Virus record (IMG/VR): IMGVR_UViG_3300044259_000047
Location: 1 to 64,000 of that record
Source of the DNA: a virus
Taxonomy: Duplodnaviria > Caudoviricetes
Reading direction: 5' to 3' (one strand)
Length of the DNA: 64,000 nucleotides
In this document: positions 27,824 through 37,782 of the stretch, piece by piece
Layout: each line of letters opens with the position of its first letter
How positions within the stretch are numbered: the stretch's first letter is position 1
Notes under the pieces: model-generated
What the model was told of the DNA's origin: nothing
Database searches by the model: none
Seen by the model: the letters and a program-made list of their open reading frames with translations, nothing else
Made by a program: the position numbers and the translations under genes

Positions 27824-28255
27824 TTGAAAGTCAAAGTAAAACGTCTGTATGAATCCGCTAAACTGCCAACCTATGCGACTGATGGTAGCGGTTGTTTTGA
27901 TATCTACACTATGCTAAATGGTGATACTGAACACAACGATCCCCACACATTTTCAACTGGTCTTGCATTTGAAATTCCAGAAGATCATGTTATGCTTGTC
28001 TTTAGTCGTAGCGGTCACGGATTTAAACATGACGTTCGTCTGAGCAATTGTGTAGGAGTGATTGACTCAGATTATCGAGGAGAGCTAAAAGTCAAACTAG
28101 CTTGTGATAAAATCAATTGGGGTCTAGACTTTGCTGCTGGTGATCGAGTAGCACAAGGGATGATTATTCCAATCGAGAAAGTAGAATTTGAAGAAGTTCG
28201 TGAACTGTCAGAAACAGTTCGTGGTACTGGCGGTTTTGGTAGCAGTGGTAAGTAA
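27824..28255 (+). CDS. dut: trimeric dUTPase
   Basis: SRSG, GVIDSDYRGE, GDRVAQ, RG.GGFGSSG. Confidence 0.97.
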   Translation: MKVKVKRLYESAKLPTYATDGSGCFDIYTMLNGDTEHNDPHTFSTGLAFEIPEDHVMLVFSRSGHGFKHDVRLSNCVGVIDSDYRGELKVKLACDKINWGLDFAAGDRVAQGMIIPIEKVEFEEVRELSETVRGTGGFGSSGK

Positions 28256-28267
28256 GGAGAATTAATA

Positions 28268-28945
28268 ATGAGGTTTGATTTCATCAAATGTCGTGTAATT
28301 GGAGTTACACAACCTGTTGTAGATTTTATTCCAGACAGTGAAGGCATCATTTCCTATGCCGCACGAGTTAGCGCACCAAACAATCAAACTAACTTTGATA
28401 CAGCAGCTAAGCTTCTTAAGTATTGTGTAGAACATCAACATTATTCTGTGTTTGAAACTTGTAACATCACAATGGAGATTGAAGCTCCTAGAGACATTGC
28501 ACGTCAGATCCTACGTCACCGTAGCTTTAGTTTTCAGGAGTTCAGTCAAAGGTACGCAGAGAGCACAGACTTCATTACTCGGGAGTGTCGCCTACAGGAC
28601 GAGAAGAACCGTCAGAACAGCATCCCCCTAAATCGCAAGAACGAAGCAGAAAACGAGCTTTATTATTGGTGGCTAGATCAGCAAAGCTATTTGCTAGAAG
28701 AAATTAAACACGTCTATGAGCGTGCTATTGAACAAGGCATTGCAAAAGAAGTTGCTCGTTGTATCTTGCCAGAAGGTCTTACAATGAGTAAGATGTACAT
28801 GAATGGTACTGTCCGCTCTTGGCTGCACTATATTCAGCTACGAGAGGCAAACGGAACACAACTTGAACATTGTGATGTGGCAATTAAAGCAAAAGAAGAA
28901 GTGTTGAAGTATTTCCCGTTTCTTGGAACTGTATTGGAGAAGTAA
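28268..28945 (+). CDS. thyX: flavin-dependent thymidylate synthase
   Basis: RHRSFSFQEFSQRY signature, EVAR..LP. Confidence 0.97.
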   Translation: MRFDFIKCRVIGVTQPVVDFIPDSEGIISYAARVSAPNNQTNFDTAAKLLKYCVEHQHYSVFETCNITMEIEAPRDIARQILRHRSFSFQEFSQRYAESTDFITRECRLQDEKNRQNSIPLNRKNEAENELYYWWLDQQSYLLEEIKHVYERAIEQGIAKEVARCILPEGLTMSKMYMNGTVRSWLHYIQLREANGTQLEHCDVAIKAKEEVLKYFPFLGTVLEK

Positions 28946-28946
28946 A

Positions 28947-29144
28947 ATGAATTCAATAGATTATGGTTTTTGTGACTATTTAGACGCTCTATGGAACTTG
29001 TATCAAGTACGTGGGGGATTTACTAGTGCAAATGCGGCTAGACATATCATGGATATTCGCGAAGAGATTTATTTAGCTTGGCTTGAAGATCAACCAGCCC
29101 AAGAATTTTACCTAGAAGACGCAGTATGGGATGATGAAGAATGA
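28947..29144 (+). CDS. hypothetical protein
   Basis: GGAGA RBS before MNSID. Confidence 0.6.
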   Translation: MNSIDYGFCDYLDALWNLYQVRGGFTSANAARHIMDIREEIYLAWLEDQPAQEFYLEDAVWDDEE

Positions 29145-29545
29145 GTGAAATTGCACGAAACATTAGCTTCTACCTACTAATGCAAGACAAAGAAGCTAAA
29201 GCAGTAATTGAATCTGGTGATGAAAAGAAGTTTAAAGACATTTTATATAAATGGGGTTGTGATGTTTACAACCAACCTTATGAAGTAGTTTCTTGTGAGC
29301 ATCGACCAGTAGAAGGTAAACCTTTTGTGTTCAATGGTCCTCTAGTTGTCTCATCAGAGCGAATTGATGATTCTTGGATCAATAGCGGGTTTGCATCATT
29401 TAATGCTAAAGTGGCAAGTACTGGAGATATTGGGCTTAAACTACAGCTTGAGCAGATGAGTAGACAAGGCAGTAGTGAGAGGGCGTTTACAAATAAAAGT
29501 GCAGCCCGTAAAGCGGTAAAAGAAGAAAAGAGTCGTCAAGATTAA
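29141..29545 (+). CDS. hypothetical protein
   Basis: operon ORF. Confidence 0.7.
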   Translation: MSEIARNISFYLLMQDKEAKAVIESGDEKKFKDILYKWGCDVYNQPYEVVSCEHRPVEGKPFVFNGPLVVSSERIDDSWINSGFASFNAKVASTGDIGLKLQLEQMSRQGSSERAFTNKSAARKAVKEEKSRQD

Positions 29546-29554
29546 GGAGAACTT

Positions 29555-30556
29555 GTGAAGACGCAAATTGAGACAAAGAAAGATACTTATACGATTGACT
29601 ATCCACAAGCTGTTCAAGCAGCACAAGAACAAACTAAGATTATCTGGTTTGCTGAAGAGCTTGGTGTAGAGAAGGATGAGAACGACATCCGCACTAAATG
29701 TACAGAGGGTGAGCGCCATGGTATCACAACTGTACTAAAGCTGTTCACTCAATATGAGTTGATGCTGGGCGGGGAAGAGTTTTGGGGCGCTAAGGTAACT
29801 AAGATGTTCCCACGTCCCGAGATTGAACGTATGGCTGCGACCTTCTCATTTGTTGAACTTGGGATTCATGCACCATTTTATGATCTGATCAACAAGACTT
29901 TGGGTATTGCTACGGATGAGTTTTATTCTTCATGGCAACAAGATGAAGTAATGCGTGACCGTGTAGCTTTTATTGAAAAGTATGCACAAAGCGAAGATGC
30001 ACTAGAGGCCACAGCAGCTTTTGCTTTTATGGAAGGTGTTGTACTGTTCTCTAACTTTGCTTTCTTGAAGAGCTTTAATGTTGGAGGCTTCAATTTAATT
30101 CCTCATATCACAGCAGGTATCGATGGCTCTGCAAAAGATGAGAACTACCACTCAATGGCATCTGCTTGGCTGTTTAATCAGTGCCTAAAAGAGCGTGAAC
30201 AACTAGGTTTGATTGATTCAAATGGCAAGCAGAACCTTCGTAAAAAGATTAAACGCATTGCTGAAAAAGTTTACGAGCATGAAGAGTCACTCTGTAAGCG
30301 TATTTTTGAGAAAGGTAATATTCGCACTATTACCGAAGAGGAAATTCTTGATTTTATCAAAGATCGGATTAACATGGTGTTGAGTTATTTAAACATCAAA
30401 CCTCTGTATGAAAAAGAAACTGGGGTAGTAACAGAGTGGTTCTATTCCCAACTGAATAGCTTCAAGTATTCAGACTTTTTCCAAAGTCAGCAACTACAGT
30501 ATGTTCGGTCTTGGAAGAAACACGATTTGAAATTTAATATGGAGTTTGTTAAGTGA
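29555..30556 (+). CDS. nrdB: ribonucleotide reductase class I beta subunit
   Basis: W..EE, E..H..FY, EG..LFS.F, DE.YH, DFF. Confidence 0.95.
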   Translation: MKTQIETKKDTYTIDYPQAVQAAQEQTKIIWFAEELGVEKDENDIRTKCTEGERHGITTVLKLFTQYELMLGGEEFWGAKVTKMFPRPEIERMAATFSFVELGIHAPFYDLINKTLGIATDEFYSSWQQDEVMRDRVAFIEKYAQSEDALEATAAFAFMEGVVLFSNFAFLKSFNVGGFNLIPHITAGIDGSAKDENYHSMASAWLFNQCLKEREQLGLIDSNGKQNLRKKIKRIAEKVYEHEESLCKRIFEKGNIRTITEEEILDFIKDRINMVLSYLNIKPLYEKETGVVTEWFYSQLNSFKYSDFFQSQQLQYVRSWKKHDLKFNMEFVK

Positions 30557-32241
30557 GTCAAAGTTACGAAGAACTATCTATTGAGCGTAAAGAGTTACAA
30601 AAGAAAGGTTGGCTTCCTGATTGGTATACCACATTTGGCTGGCAGATGTTCAAAGCTAAGTATGCTTATGGTGGAGAAGAAGGTGCTAAAGGACGTTGGA
30701 GAACTATTGCTAAAACTCTTTCAAAATATGCTCCTGGCGACAAAAAAGAGTGGGAAGAAAAGTTCTTTAACCTGATGTGGAAGGGTTGGCTAAGTCCAGC
30801 CTCTCCGGTTCTCAGTAATACCGGGACAGATCGGGGGTTGAATGTAAGTTGTTCTGGTCTTGTAGTTGGAGATAGTATTGATAGCTTCTATAGCACACTA
30901 CGAGAACAGGCATTGCTATCTAAATACGGTTTTGGCTGTTCTGGCGACTTTAGCGGTATTCGTCCACGCGGTAGTGCTATCAGTGGCGGAGGTCATGCAT
31001 CTGGTGTAGTTCCTGTTATTGAAGACTTTGCTATGATGACTTCTAAAGTAAGTCAAGGTGGTAATCGTCGAGGTTCTACCGCAAGTTACATTCCAATTGA
31101 TCATGGTGACTTCTACGAGCTATGTGATAAAGTGGAAGCTGAACCAGATGGTTTTAACATCGGATACATCATTACTGATGACTTCATTGAGCGTCTAAAA
31201 GTTGGCGATAAAGATGCACATGAACGATTCTCCCGTAGTCTGTATGTAAAGCTTGTAACAGGTAAAGGTTACTATTTTAAAATTGGAGAGGCTAATCGTA
31301 AACGCCCTAAGATGTATAAAGACTTGGGTCTTGATATTAAAGCTACAAACCTTTGTACGGAAATCATGCTTCACTCCTCAGAGTCTATGACTTACAGTTG
31401 TATCTTGTCTAGCATGAACCTAGCTAAATACGATGAATGGAAAGATACCGATGCTGTGTTTGATTCAATGGTTTTCTTGGACTGCCTGTGCTCAGACTTT
31501 CTTGAAAAATCAGAAGGTATTGCAGGACTAGAAAAGGTTCGTAAGTTCACTGAGAAAGGCCGTGCTGTTGGCTTGGGTGTGATGGGCTTTAGCACTTACC
31601 TGCAAAGTAAACGGATTGCTTATGAATCACTAGAAGCTCAATTCCTAAATGCGGAAATGTTTAAAAAGCTTCGTGATGATAGTCTTAAAGCTTCTGAATA
31701 CTTGGCAAAAGAATTGGGCTCACCTGAGTGGTGTCGTGGTTATGGTGTTCGCAACACTCACCGTACTGCTCTAGCTCCAACCAAATCTAGTTCTATCTTA
31801 ATGGGAGGTGTTAGTGAAATGACTTCTCCCGATCCGGGTATGTGTTATGAACAATCAAGTGCTGCTGGCGGTATGAAGCGTGTGAATGGTGAGCTTTACA
31901 AGTTGATGGTTGAACGTGGTGTTTACAACAAGAAAACCATCGATGATATCATTAACAACATGGGTTCTGTACAACATGTATCGTGGTTGAGTCAAGAAGA
32001 AAAATGGGTGTTCAAGACAGCTTTTGAGATTGACCAAGAAGTGATTCTACGGTACGCTTCACAACGGCAGAAGCACCTATGTCAAGGTCAGAGTCTGAAT
32101 TTCTTTTTTGCTGAAGATGAAAAGAAGATTTCTGAGATTCATACGAAAGCTTTGCTAGATCCAAATATTTTAAGCTTGTACTATATCTATAGCCGTTCTG
32201 GTGTGGTTGTAAATAGCGAATGTTTGGCTTGTAGTGCTTGA
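30553..32241 (+). CDS. nrdA: ribonucleotide reductase class I alpha subunit
   Basis: SPASP, QGG.RRG, TNLCTEI, APT.SS, SLYY, C-terminal CxxC. Confidence 0.95.
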   Translation: MSQSYEELSIERKELQKKGWLPDWYTTFGWQMFKAKYAYGGEEGAKGRWRTIAKTLSKYAPGDKKEWEEKFFNLMWKGWLSPASPVLSNTGTDRGLNVSCSGLVVGDSIDSFYSTLREQALLSKYGFGCSGDFSGIRPRGSAISGGGHASGVVPVIEDFAMMTSKVSQGGNRRGSTASYIPIDHGDFYELCDKVEAEPDGFNIGYIITDDFIERLKVGDKDAHERFSRSLYVKLVTGKGYYFKIGEANRKRPKMYKDLGLDIKATNLCTEIMLHSSESMTYSCILSSMNLAKYDEWKDTDAVFDSMVFLDCLCSDFLEKSEGIAGLEKVRKFTEKGRAVGLGVMGFSTYLQSKRIAYESLEAQFLNAEMFKKLRDDSLKASEYLAKELGSPEWCRGYGVRNTHRTALAPTKSSSILMGGVSEMTSPDPGMCYEQSSAAGGMKRVNGELYKLMVERGVYNKKTIDDIINNMGSVQHVSWLSQEEKWVFKTAFEIDQEVILRYASQRQKHLCQGQSLNFFFAEDEKKISEIHTKALLDPNILSLYYIYSRSGVVVNSECLACSA

Positions 32242-32266
32242 CACACCATAAAATCTGTTCTATCAT
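32238..32266 (+). promoter_or_regulatory. sigma70-like promoter
   Basis: TTGACA-17-TATCAT. Confidence 0.7.
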
Positions 32267-32321
32267 TGAGGCATGTTCTGAAAGGGACATTGCCTCTTTC
32301 TTTTTATTTGGAGATTATAAA

Positions 32322-32930
32322 ATGGCTTTTAAATTTCATCGTCGTACTCGTTTCAACTACTGGTCGGACTCTAAGCTTGTCCATCTTCTGATTAACAAGA
32401 AACCAGAGGAAAAGAATTCTTACTCTTCTGTTGCTAATATGCTGGAAGCACTCCGTTCTAGTGAAGATCATGTGGTTGAAAAGATAGCAGGCAGGCTTCA
32501 AAATATTATTATGTTCCCATCAGACCTTTACCACTCTATTCGTATCTACTTGAAGAATTCTAAAGGCAACACTCACGTTCTTGACGGTGGTCTTGAGAAA
32601 GGTCAGTGGCATGATTTGTGCTACCGTATTCCTCATTGCTTGTTCTTTGAGCTTGACAAATACATCACACAAGAGAAGGGATTGGAAAATCACAAATGGG
32701 AGATGGATCTTACGTTTGATGAAGGCTGGGGTATTCTACCTGATCACCCAAAATACGGATTGCTGACGGATCAAGCAAAGGCAGCAATCGAGCAGAACGA
32801 GATTTGGGGATGGTGGAAAGAAAACAAAGACAAAGAATTTGTTGACTTGGACGAAGAAACAGCCTATATTGAGAAAGAAACGGAGATGCTGATTCGTCTT
32901 ATCAAAATCCGTAACTCGCTTTGGACGTGA
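32322..32930 (+). CDS. conserved hypothetical phage protein
   Basis: GGAGA RBS; C-terminal EMLIRLIKIR..LWT motif. Confidence 0.8.
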   Translation: MAFKFHRRTRFNYWSDSKLVHLLINKKPEEKNSYSSVANMLEALRSSEDHVVEKIAGRLQNIIMFPSDLYHSIRIYLKNSKGNTHVLDGGLEKGQWHDLCYRIPHCLFFELDKYITQEKGLENHKWEMDLTFDEGWGILPDHPKYGLLTDQAKAAIEQNEIWGWWKENKDKEFVDLDEETAYIEKETEMLIRLIKIRNSLWT

Positions 32931-32938
32931 GGTTCAGA

Positions 32939-33148
32939 ATGAACACTTGGAACTACAGACTAGCTAAAAATAAAGATGGTTTTTACGGGATTGTTGAAGT
33001 ATATTACGATAAGGACGGGGAAGTGACAGGTTGGACACAAGATTTTATTGATCCAAACCATTGGGAAGACAAGGAAGATTTACGCTTCACATTGCAGAAG
33101 ATGCTAGAGGCTTTTGATAAACCTTTATTTGAAGAGATTATTCGATGA
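32939..33148 (+). CDS. hypothetical protein
   Basis: GAGG RBS; WNYR...I.EVYY motif. Confidence 0.7.
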   Translation: MNTWNYRLAKNKDGFYGIVEVYYDKDGEVTGWTQDFIDPNHWEDKEDLRFTLQKMLEAFDKPLFEEIIR

Positions 33149-33345
33149 AAATGAGTAAAAAGAATCGTTCTCATATTATTTGGGAACTACAACGTATGCG
33201 CTTTATTTTGCAAAATATGGCAAACTGTGAAGACTTTGAAGAGGTTGTAGCACTATGTCAAGAATTAGAGTGTGATGTTGCAAGTCTGGAAGAAGAGATT
33301 GACCCTCTCGGACAAACACCGTCTCGTTGGAGTGAACATCTATGA
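33145..33345 (+). CDS. hypothetical protein
   Basis: ATGA overlap. Confidence 0.6.
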   Translation: MKMSKKNRSHIIWELQRMRFILQNMANCEDFEEVVALCQELECDVASLEEEIDPLGQTPSRWSEHL

Positions 33346-33521
33346 GAGGAAACCCATTCGTAAATCTTGTTGCAATCCTTGTAATGCTTATTTCTGTTCT
33401 TACAGCGGGGAAAGTATGGATTGATTGGAAGGTGAGTAAAGGAGAGCCTGTGAGGAAAGAGATTGTTGTTCCTCAGAAGCCTAACAATACTTTTGAGCAT
33501 CTACACAAACGTACAGAGTAA
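33342..33521 (+). CDS. small membrane protein (59 aa, not in track)
   Basis: GGAG RBS, N-terminal TM helix. Confidence 0.55.
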   Translation: MRGNPFVNLVAILVMLISVLTAGKVWIDWKVSKGEPVRKEIVVPQKPNNTFEHLHKRTE

Positions 33522-33532
33522 ATCCTAGACGC

Positions 33533-33567
33533 AAAAGAAAACGCCCAACCAATCAAGGAAGGGCGTT
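33533..33567 (-). terminator. terminator at convergence of replication and late arms
   Basis: AACGCCC...GGGCGTT stem followed by U-rich tract on minus strand. Confidence 0.6.
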
Positions 33568-33631
33568 CTAGGAAAGATGTTGGCTAACATCGAATGTAAG
33601 GCTCTTCTAAAGCTTCTTGTACTTGTTCGGA

Positions 33632-33982
33632 CTAGTCTTTTGTATTTACCAAAACATTGTTTGTGTTGGTATTAATGATCTTGGTGTCATTTTTATAAGC
33701 TTTCTCAAGCTTTTCCACTCTTTGTGTTAACAGAGAGATTTGAGCACTACTTGTGTTCTGGTAGTTATCTTGCTTTGCATCTATTCGGTTCTGACGTGTT
33801 TCTAAGTAGCTTGTGTTATTTGAAATCACTTTCATAACATCTTCTTTAAGACTTTCCATCTTCAAACCATATGTCGCTACTTGTTCACTTGTATTGTTGT
33901 TCAAGAATAGGATTGACACCAAAAGGACGAGAACTACAAAGTGGATTACATCTATTGCTCTTTTTAATATATCCCATCCCAT
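33632..33982 (-). CDS. membrane-anchored coiled-coil protein (lysis region)
   Basis: single N-terminal TM then coiled coil. Confidence 0.7.
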   Translation of the reverse strand: MGWDILKRAIDVIHFVVLVLLVSILFLNNNTSEQVATYGLKMESLKEDVMKVISNNTSYLETRQNRIDAKQDNYQNTSSAQISLLTQRVEKLEKAYKNDTKIINTNTNNVLVNTKD

Positions 33983-33993
33983 TACCCCGCTCC

Positions 33994-34308
33994 TTAGTTT
34001 CTGCTTTTCACTTGACCAAAGTACAACTGAAGTTGACGCATAATGTCTTGTTGATTAGAATCTATCCGCTGTGCAAGATTAGTGAAGCTTGCATCCATTC
34101 TTGAGTTAATCCTAATCTCCATCTCTTTAGTATCTGCCTTCCCTACCTTATCCATCTGAAGCATTACGATCTTATCGTTAGCTAAACGTACATCCGTGGT
34201 TAAGTCTTTATAAGCCATGCCCATATAAGAAACAACAAGCGTAAGAAGAGCAATGCAAGCACGTTCATAAATATTATTCATCCGAGCGTTGGCACTATCA
34301 CTTGACAT
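33994..34308 (-). CDS. membrane-anchored coiled-coil protein (lysis region)
   Basis: single TM then coiled coil; start trimmed to MSSDS. Confidence 0.7.
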   Translation of the reverse strand: MSSDSANARMNNIYERACIALLTLVVSYMGMAYKDLTTDVRLANDKIVMLQMDKVGKADTKEMEIRINSRMDASFTNLAQRIDSNQQDIMRQLQLYFGQVKSRN

Positions 34309-34582
34309 ATAAGGCTTCCTGTTTTTTCTTGTTCTCTTTAATCTTCTCAATCTGTGCTTTATACTTAGCAACGCAAGAAGTGTTTCTATTGTAGGCGATA
34401 GCCAATTCAATTAAGCTTTCACCAGCAGGAACAGCTTTACAAGGATGAGTTAGAAGCGAATCACTTGGAAACACATTCACTACTGGTTGGCTCTGCGATA
34501 CAATAGGATTGTTTGAGCAACCTGCGGAGATTGCTAGATAAAAGCCCATCATCAGGCAAATAAACGTCTTTTTGAATGACAT
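34298..34582 (-). CDS. o-spanin (Rz1-like lipoprotein)
   Basis: lipobox ISAGC, Pro-rich, overlaps i-spanin in another frame. Confidence 0.8.
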   Translation of the reverse strand: MSFKKTFICLMMGFYLAISAGCSNNPIVSQSQPVVNVFPSDSLLTHPCKAVPAGESLIELAIAYNRNTSCVAKYKAQIEKIKENKKKQEALYVK

Positions 34583-34898
34583 TTTGGTTTTCCTTTTGAG
34601 GAGCATTGCTAGCTCCGTTATTAGTTTTCTTAGGAAGCTTGTTCAAGGCTTCTGTAATAACATCAGACTTATCTGAAATAGAAGATTTCTCTTGTTCAAG
34701 TTCAACAGTCGAAGTATCGTCTTGTTTGCAGGACAAATCCTTTGTTTCATAGGCTTTTTGTGATGCTTTTAACGCTTCTTGAGTAGAGGTAAGGGCAACA
34801 CCAAGGGTTCCATTCTTCTCGCTTAAATCATACGTTTTATAGCCTAGAAAAGAACATAAAAGAACGAGGACAGCTAAAGCTCCAAGTAGGAATCTCAT
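34461..34898 (-). CDS. i-spanin (Rz-like)
   Basis: N-terminal TM, periplasmic coiled coil, C-terminal Cys. Confidence 0.8.
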   Translation of the reverse strand: MRFLLGALAVLVLLCSFLGYKTYDLSEKNGTLGVALTSTQEALKASQKAYETKDLSCKQDDTSTVELEQEKSSISDKSDVITEALNKLPKKTNNGASNAPQKENQNVIQKDVYLPDDGLLSSNLRRLLKQSYCIAEPTSSECVSK

Positions 34899-35164
34899 GT
34901 TTTCTCGTCCTCTTGTTTTTCTTCTTCTAAACTAGGCGGATACCATAGCTTCTTCTGCTGGATGAAACGGGCAATCACACCAAGGAAGTTAAGACCAAAG
35001 ACAATAAGAGCATATGTTGTCCCTGTCATCAAAGGCTCAATCAAGCCCATCAATGGTAGGATTTGTTCAACAAAGGTAAGAACAATAGCACTTAGATAAA
35101 GCCAGAAAGAATAGGTTTTTAACACTTGACGCCAATGAGGGACTACTTTAACATTTTTAATCAT
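34895..35164 (-). CDS. holin
   Basis: two TM helices, charged C-terminus, between endolysin and spanins. Confidence 0.7.
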   Translation of the reverse strand: MIKNVKVVPHWRQVLKTYSFWLYLSAIVLTFVEQILPLMGLIEPLMTGTTYALIVFGLNFLGVIARFIQQKKLWYPPSLEEEKQEDEKT

Positions 35165-35589
35165 GATAGAAATAAATCCCTCTCGGCAATTCTTCGTCTT
35201 GTCAGGCCGTTTAAGACTTTACCACCTGCACGATTCCATCGTAAAATCTCATCAGCAGCACCTTTATAATCAGATGCATTCAGTTTTTTAAGTAAAGTTG
35301 AAGACTTAAGATTACCAAGCCCTAAATTAAAACTAAATGAAACAAGGGCGTCAAACTGGCTCTGATTCAACTCCACTTTAACCAGATCAGAGACACCTTT
35401 CTCAAAACGCTCTAAATCTTTCTTGAGAAGCTGCTCAGCTTGTTCTTTAGTGATTATCATGTCCGGTGAAACATGCTGACCAGTTGAGCCATATCCGATA
35501 GTCAGAACTCCAACAGAGTCTTTGTAAGACTTAAGTTGCAACCCTTCGAAATTCTTTATAAGGTCTGTGCCTTTTTGACTAGTCTTCAT
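35161..35589 (-). CDS. endolysin, GH24 (T4-like) lysozyme
   Basis: FEG-x-YKD-x-TIGYG E-D-T triad, FDALVSFSFNLG, GL.RRR.AE. Confidence 0.95.
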   Translation of the reverse strand: MKTSQKGTDLIKNFEGLQLKSYKDSVGVLTIGYGSTGQHVSPDMIITKEQAEQLLKKDLERFEKGVSDLVKVELNQSQFDALVSFSFNLGLGNLKSSTLLKKLNASDYKGAADEILRWNRAGGKVLNGLTRRRIAERDLFLS

Positions 35590-35590
35590 A

Positions 35591-35701
35591 TTAATTATTT
35601 TCTTTACCTTCAAAATATAGAGCTCCCGAACCAGCCATTACAGCGGCGGCAGATAAACCAAGCCCAGCAAGGACTTTAGCAATTTTAGGATTTAATTTCA
35701 T
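35591..35701 (-). CDS. 36-aa SAR-like peptide (probable truncated SAR-endolysin N-terminus)
   Basis: MKLNPKIAKVLAGLGLSAAAVMAGSGALYFEGKENN. Confidence 0.55.
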   Translation of the reverse strand: MKLNPKIAKVLAGLGLSAAAVMAGSGALYFEGKENN

Positions 35702-35747
35702 ACTTAGTTCCAGAGAAGGACATCCTTGTCATTATCACAATCAAGCT

Positions 35748-37778
35748 CTAAACTGTACTAATTCCTCTTACTCGGATAGTACCTACAAGATTTGAGCTAG
35801 TAGCCGTATCTACAAATATAGTGCCTGTAGTACCTGTCCCATTAATAACAGATGAAGATTTGATCGGAACTCCCCCAACAGTAATAATCCCACTATTAAA
35901 GTCTTCTATCAAGTAACCAGAAGGTGGTGTTAGATTTGCAGTAAACGGTCCATCGGCTGCCAAGGCCCCGTTTATGTTAACTGAGTAGGTGAAATCTACA
36001 CCTGCTGTTGAAGAACGAACAGAGGATAGGGTCAGAGTAATTGTTGAGGCAGGAGTACCACCAGTCTTTGTTGCAGTTACTCCAATGGTGGGAGTAATCT
36101 GAAGATTATGTACAAGCGCCGGGCAAGAGCAATCAAAATAAGAACAATTGTTGAGAATTGCTTTAGGAGAGGTAGTTTCAATAAACCCTGAAGACATGTC
36201 TAGTTTGGATACGCCATTAAAAGAAGGTCTGCCGCTTAATCTTGAAGACACTACCATTCCGTTGAAAGGATAAACAGTGACTAGATTACCTAACACATTG
36301 AGTGCAAGACCATCAGTGTTTGGTGGCCTATCAGCCAAAATAGTAGTACCAGAATCGAGATCACAGTCTACTAGTCGTATATTTACACTGCTTACATAAC
36401 CTGCCAAATTACTAGCTATAGGATTATATACAGTACCCATAATAGCATTACCCCTACAGTCTGTGCCCTGCATAAGAAAATCAGTGAACATACTGCCTAA
36501 GAAGTTGGGTCCATAAGCTTCTAAGTCAAAAGGCATACCAAAAAGATCACTGTTAGTGTCCCTAGCACCCCTGTTACCGTGTACTAACGGGTCTGTGGTA
36601 TTTAAATCTAAACCATTTCCTGTTAACTTACCACCTAACCACTTAATATTTTTGAAGCTATCAGCAAACATTCCGTGTTCTCTGTTATTAGTAGCCTCAC
36701 AATTAATGAATATTAAATCCTTGTGGTCATAAGTAACACTTGTTGTACTTGGTAAAGGAGTATGTATGGCGAAGCCTGCTGTACCTGCTGAAATCCCTTT
36801 GCAACCAACCCAGATACTTTTTGAGACAACCCCAGCGATTCGCCATGCGTGCATACCCCCGTCTTCACCGCCGCCACCTTCTGGCCCGGGGGTAGACATG
36901 CTAATATTAGGCCATAAAGCTCTTGACCCGTCAACCGTAACGTTCTCAAAGTATAGGTTTGTCTTTGGAGTTGTAACGCCATTAATATGTACTACTGGTA
37001 TATGTGACTTAGCTACTCCCGCACCATCAGGGCTCCCCATCGATTTAAACGTTACGTTTTTAAGTATCTGATTACTTTGTATTTGAACAGGTGTTCTAAC
37101 ATAAAATGTCGCACCAAATCCGTCCAAAACTGCCCTATTAGTGGCAGCAGAATTTAGCAAAATATTTAGTGCTGGTCCGTTGTCTACTGAGGGGTTGTTA
37201 GCTGTGAGTTCAGGAAGTACATCCATCCTAATAATATCACCTAACCTAGCGGTTAGGGATCTTGTCCCATAATGGATAAGATCGGTTCCTGAAGAAGAGA
37301 GCAGTTGACTCTTAAAGGCATCAGTATAGGCATTTGCAGAAGATATGCCTGTCGCTAAATCAGAAGTTGATGCAAAATAAGATACATCTTTAAAAGCGGC
37401 AGTCCCTAGGGAGTTTACTGTAGTTTCTAGATTAGTAACTCTGCCACCAAGATTAATATTTGTTGGTGAATTAAGGAGGGAAGTACCATCAAAGATAAAA
37501 CTATCTCCAGAACTTTTTACAGTCACTGTTGACCACTTGGGGGTAGGGCTTGAGTAGTAAACCCCTGAAACAACATAATATAGTCTATTATCAGTAGTTA
37601 GAAAATAAGACATTCCTGTAGTAGGGGGCTGTGGTAGGCTACTAACTACAGAATCAACTGTCCTATCCAGCATGAAAGAAAACTTCAATAAGTTTTCATC
37701 CATTCCATCATTCCAACCACTTTCTCCATATGTCCAACCCCATTTCCCTTCTAAGAAAGGTGATGTTTGTTGAGGCAT
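35748..37778 (-). CDS. tailspike/receptor-binding protein with probable beta-helix depolymerase domain
   Basis: conserved-type N-terminal anchor then DNGPALN and repeated N(V/I)T(F/V).G beta-helix pattern. Confidence 0.75.
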   Translation of the reverse strand: MPQQTSPFLEGKWGWTYGESGWNDGMDENLLKFSFMLDRTVDSVVSSLPQPPTTGMSYFLTTDNRLYYVVSGVYYSSPTPKWSTVTVKSSGDSFIFDGTSLLNSPTNINLGGRVTNLETTVNSLGTAAFKDVSYFASTSDLATGISSANAYTDAFKSQLLSSSGTDLIHYGTRSLTARLGDIIRMDVLPELTANNPSVDNGPALNILLNSAATNRAVLDGFGATFYVRTPVQIQSNQILKNVTFKSMGSPDGAGVAKSHIPVVHINGVTTPKTNLYFENVTVDGSRALWPNISMSTPGPEGGGGEDGGMHAWRIAGVVSKSIWVGCKGISAGTAGFAIHTPLPSTTSVTYDHKDLIFINCEATNNREHGMFADSFKNIKWLGGKLTGNGLDLNTTDPLVHGNRGARDTNSDLFGMPFDLEAYGPNFLGSMFTDFLMQGTDCRGNAIMGTVYNPIASNLAGYVSSVNIRLVDCDLDSGTTILADRPPNTDGLALNVLGNLVTVYPFNGMVVSSRLSGRPSFNGVSKLDMSSGFIETTSPKAILNNCSYFDCSCPALVHNLQITPTIGVTATKTGGTPASTITLTLSSVRSSTAGVDFTYSVNINGALAADGPFTANLTPPSGYLIEDFNSGIITVGGVPIKSSSVINGTGTTGTIFVDTATSSNLVGTIRVRGISTV

Positions 37779-37782
37779 TTTA

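Noticed and set aside
16370-32241. Inteins or introns in helicase, polymerase or nrdAB
   Set aside because: Frames are continuous, sizes are normal to compact, and no splicing motifs were seen.
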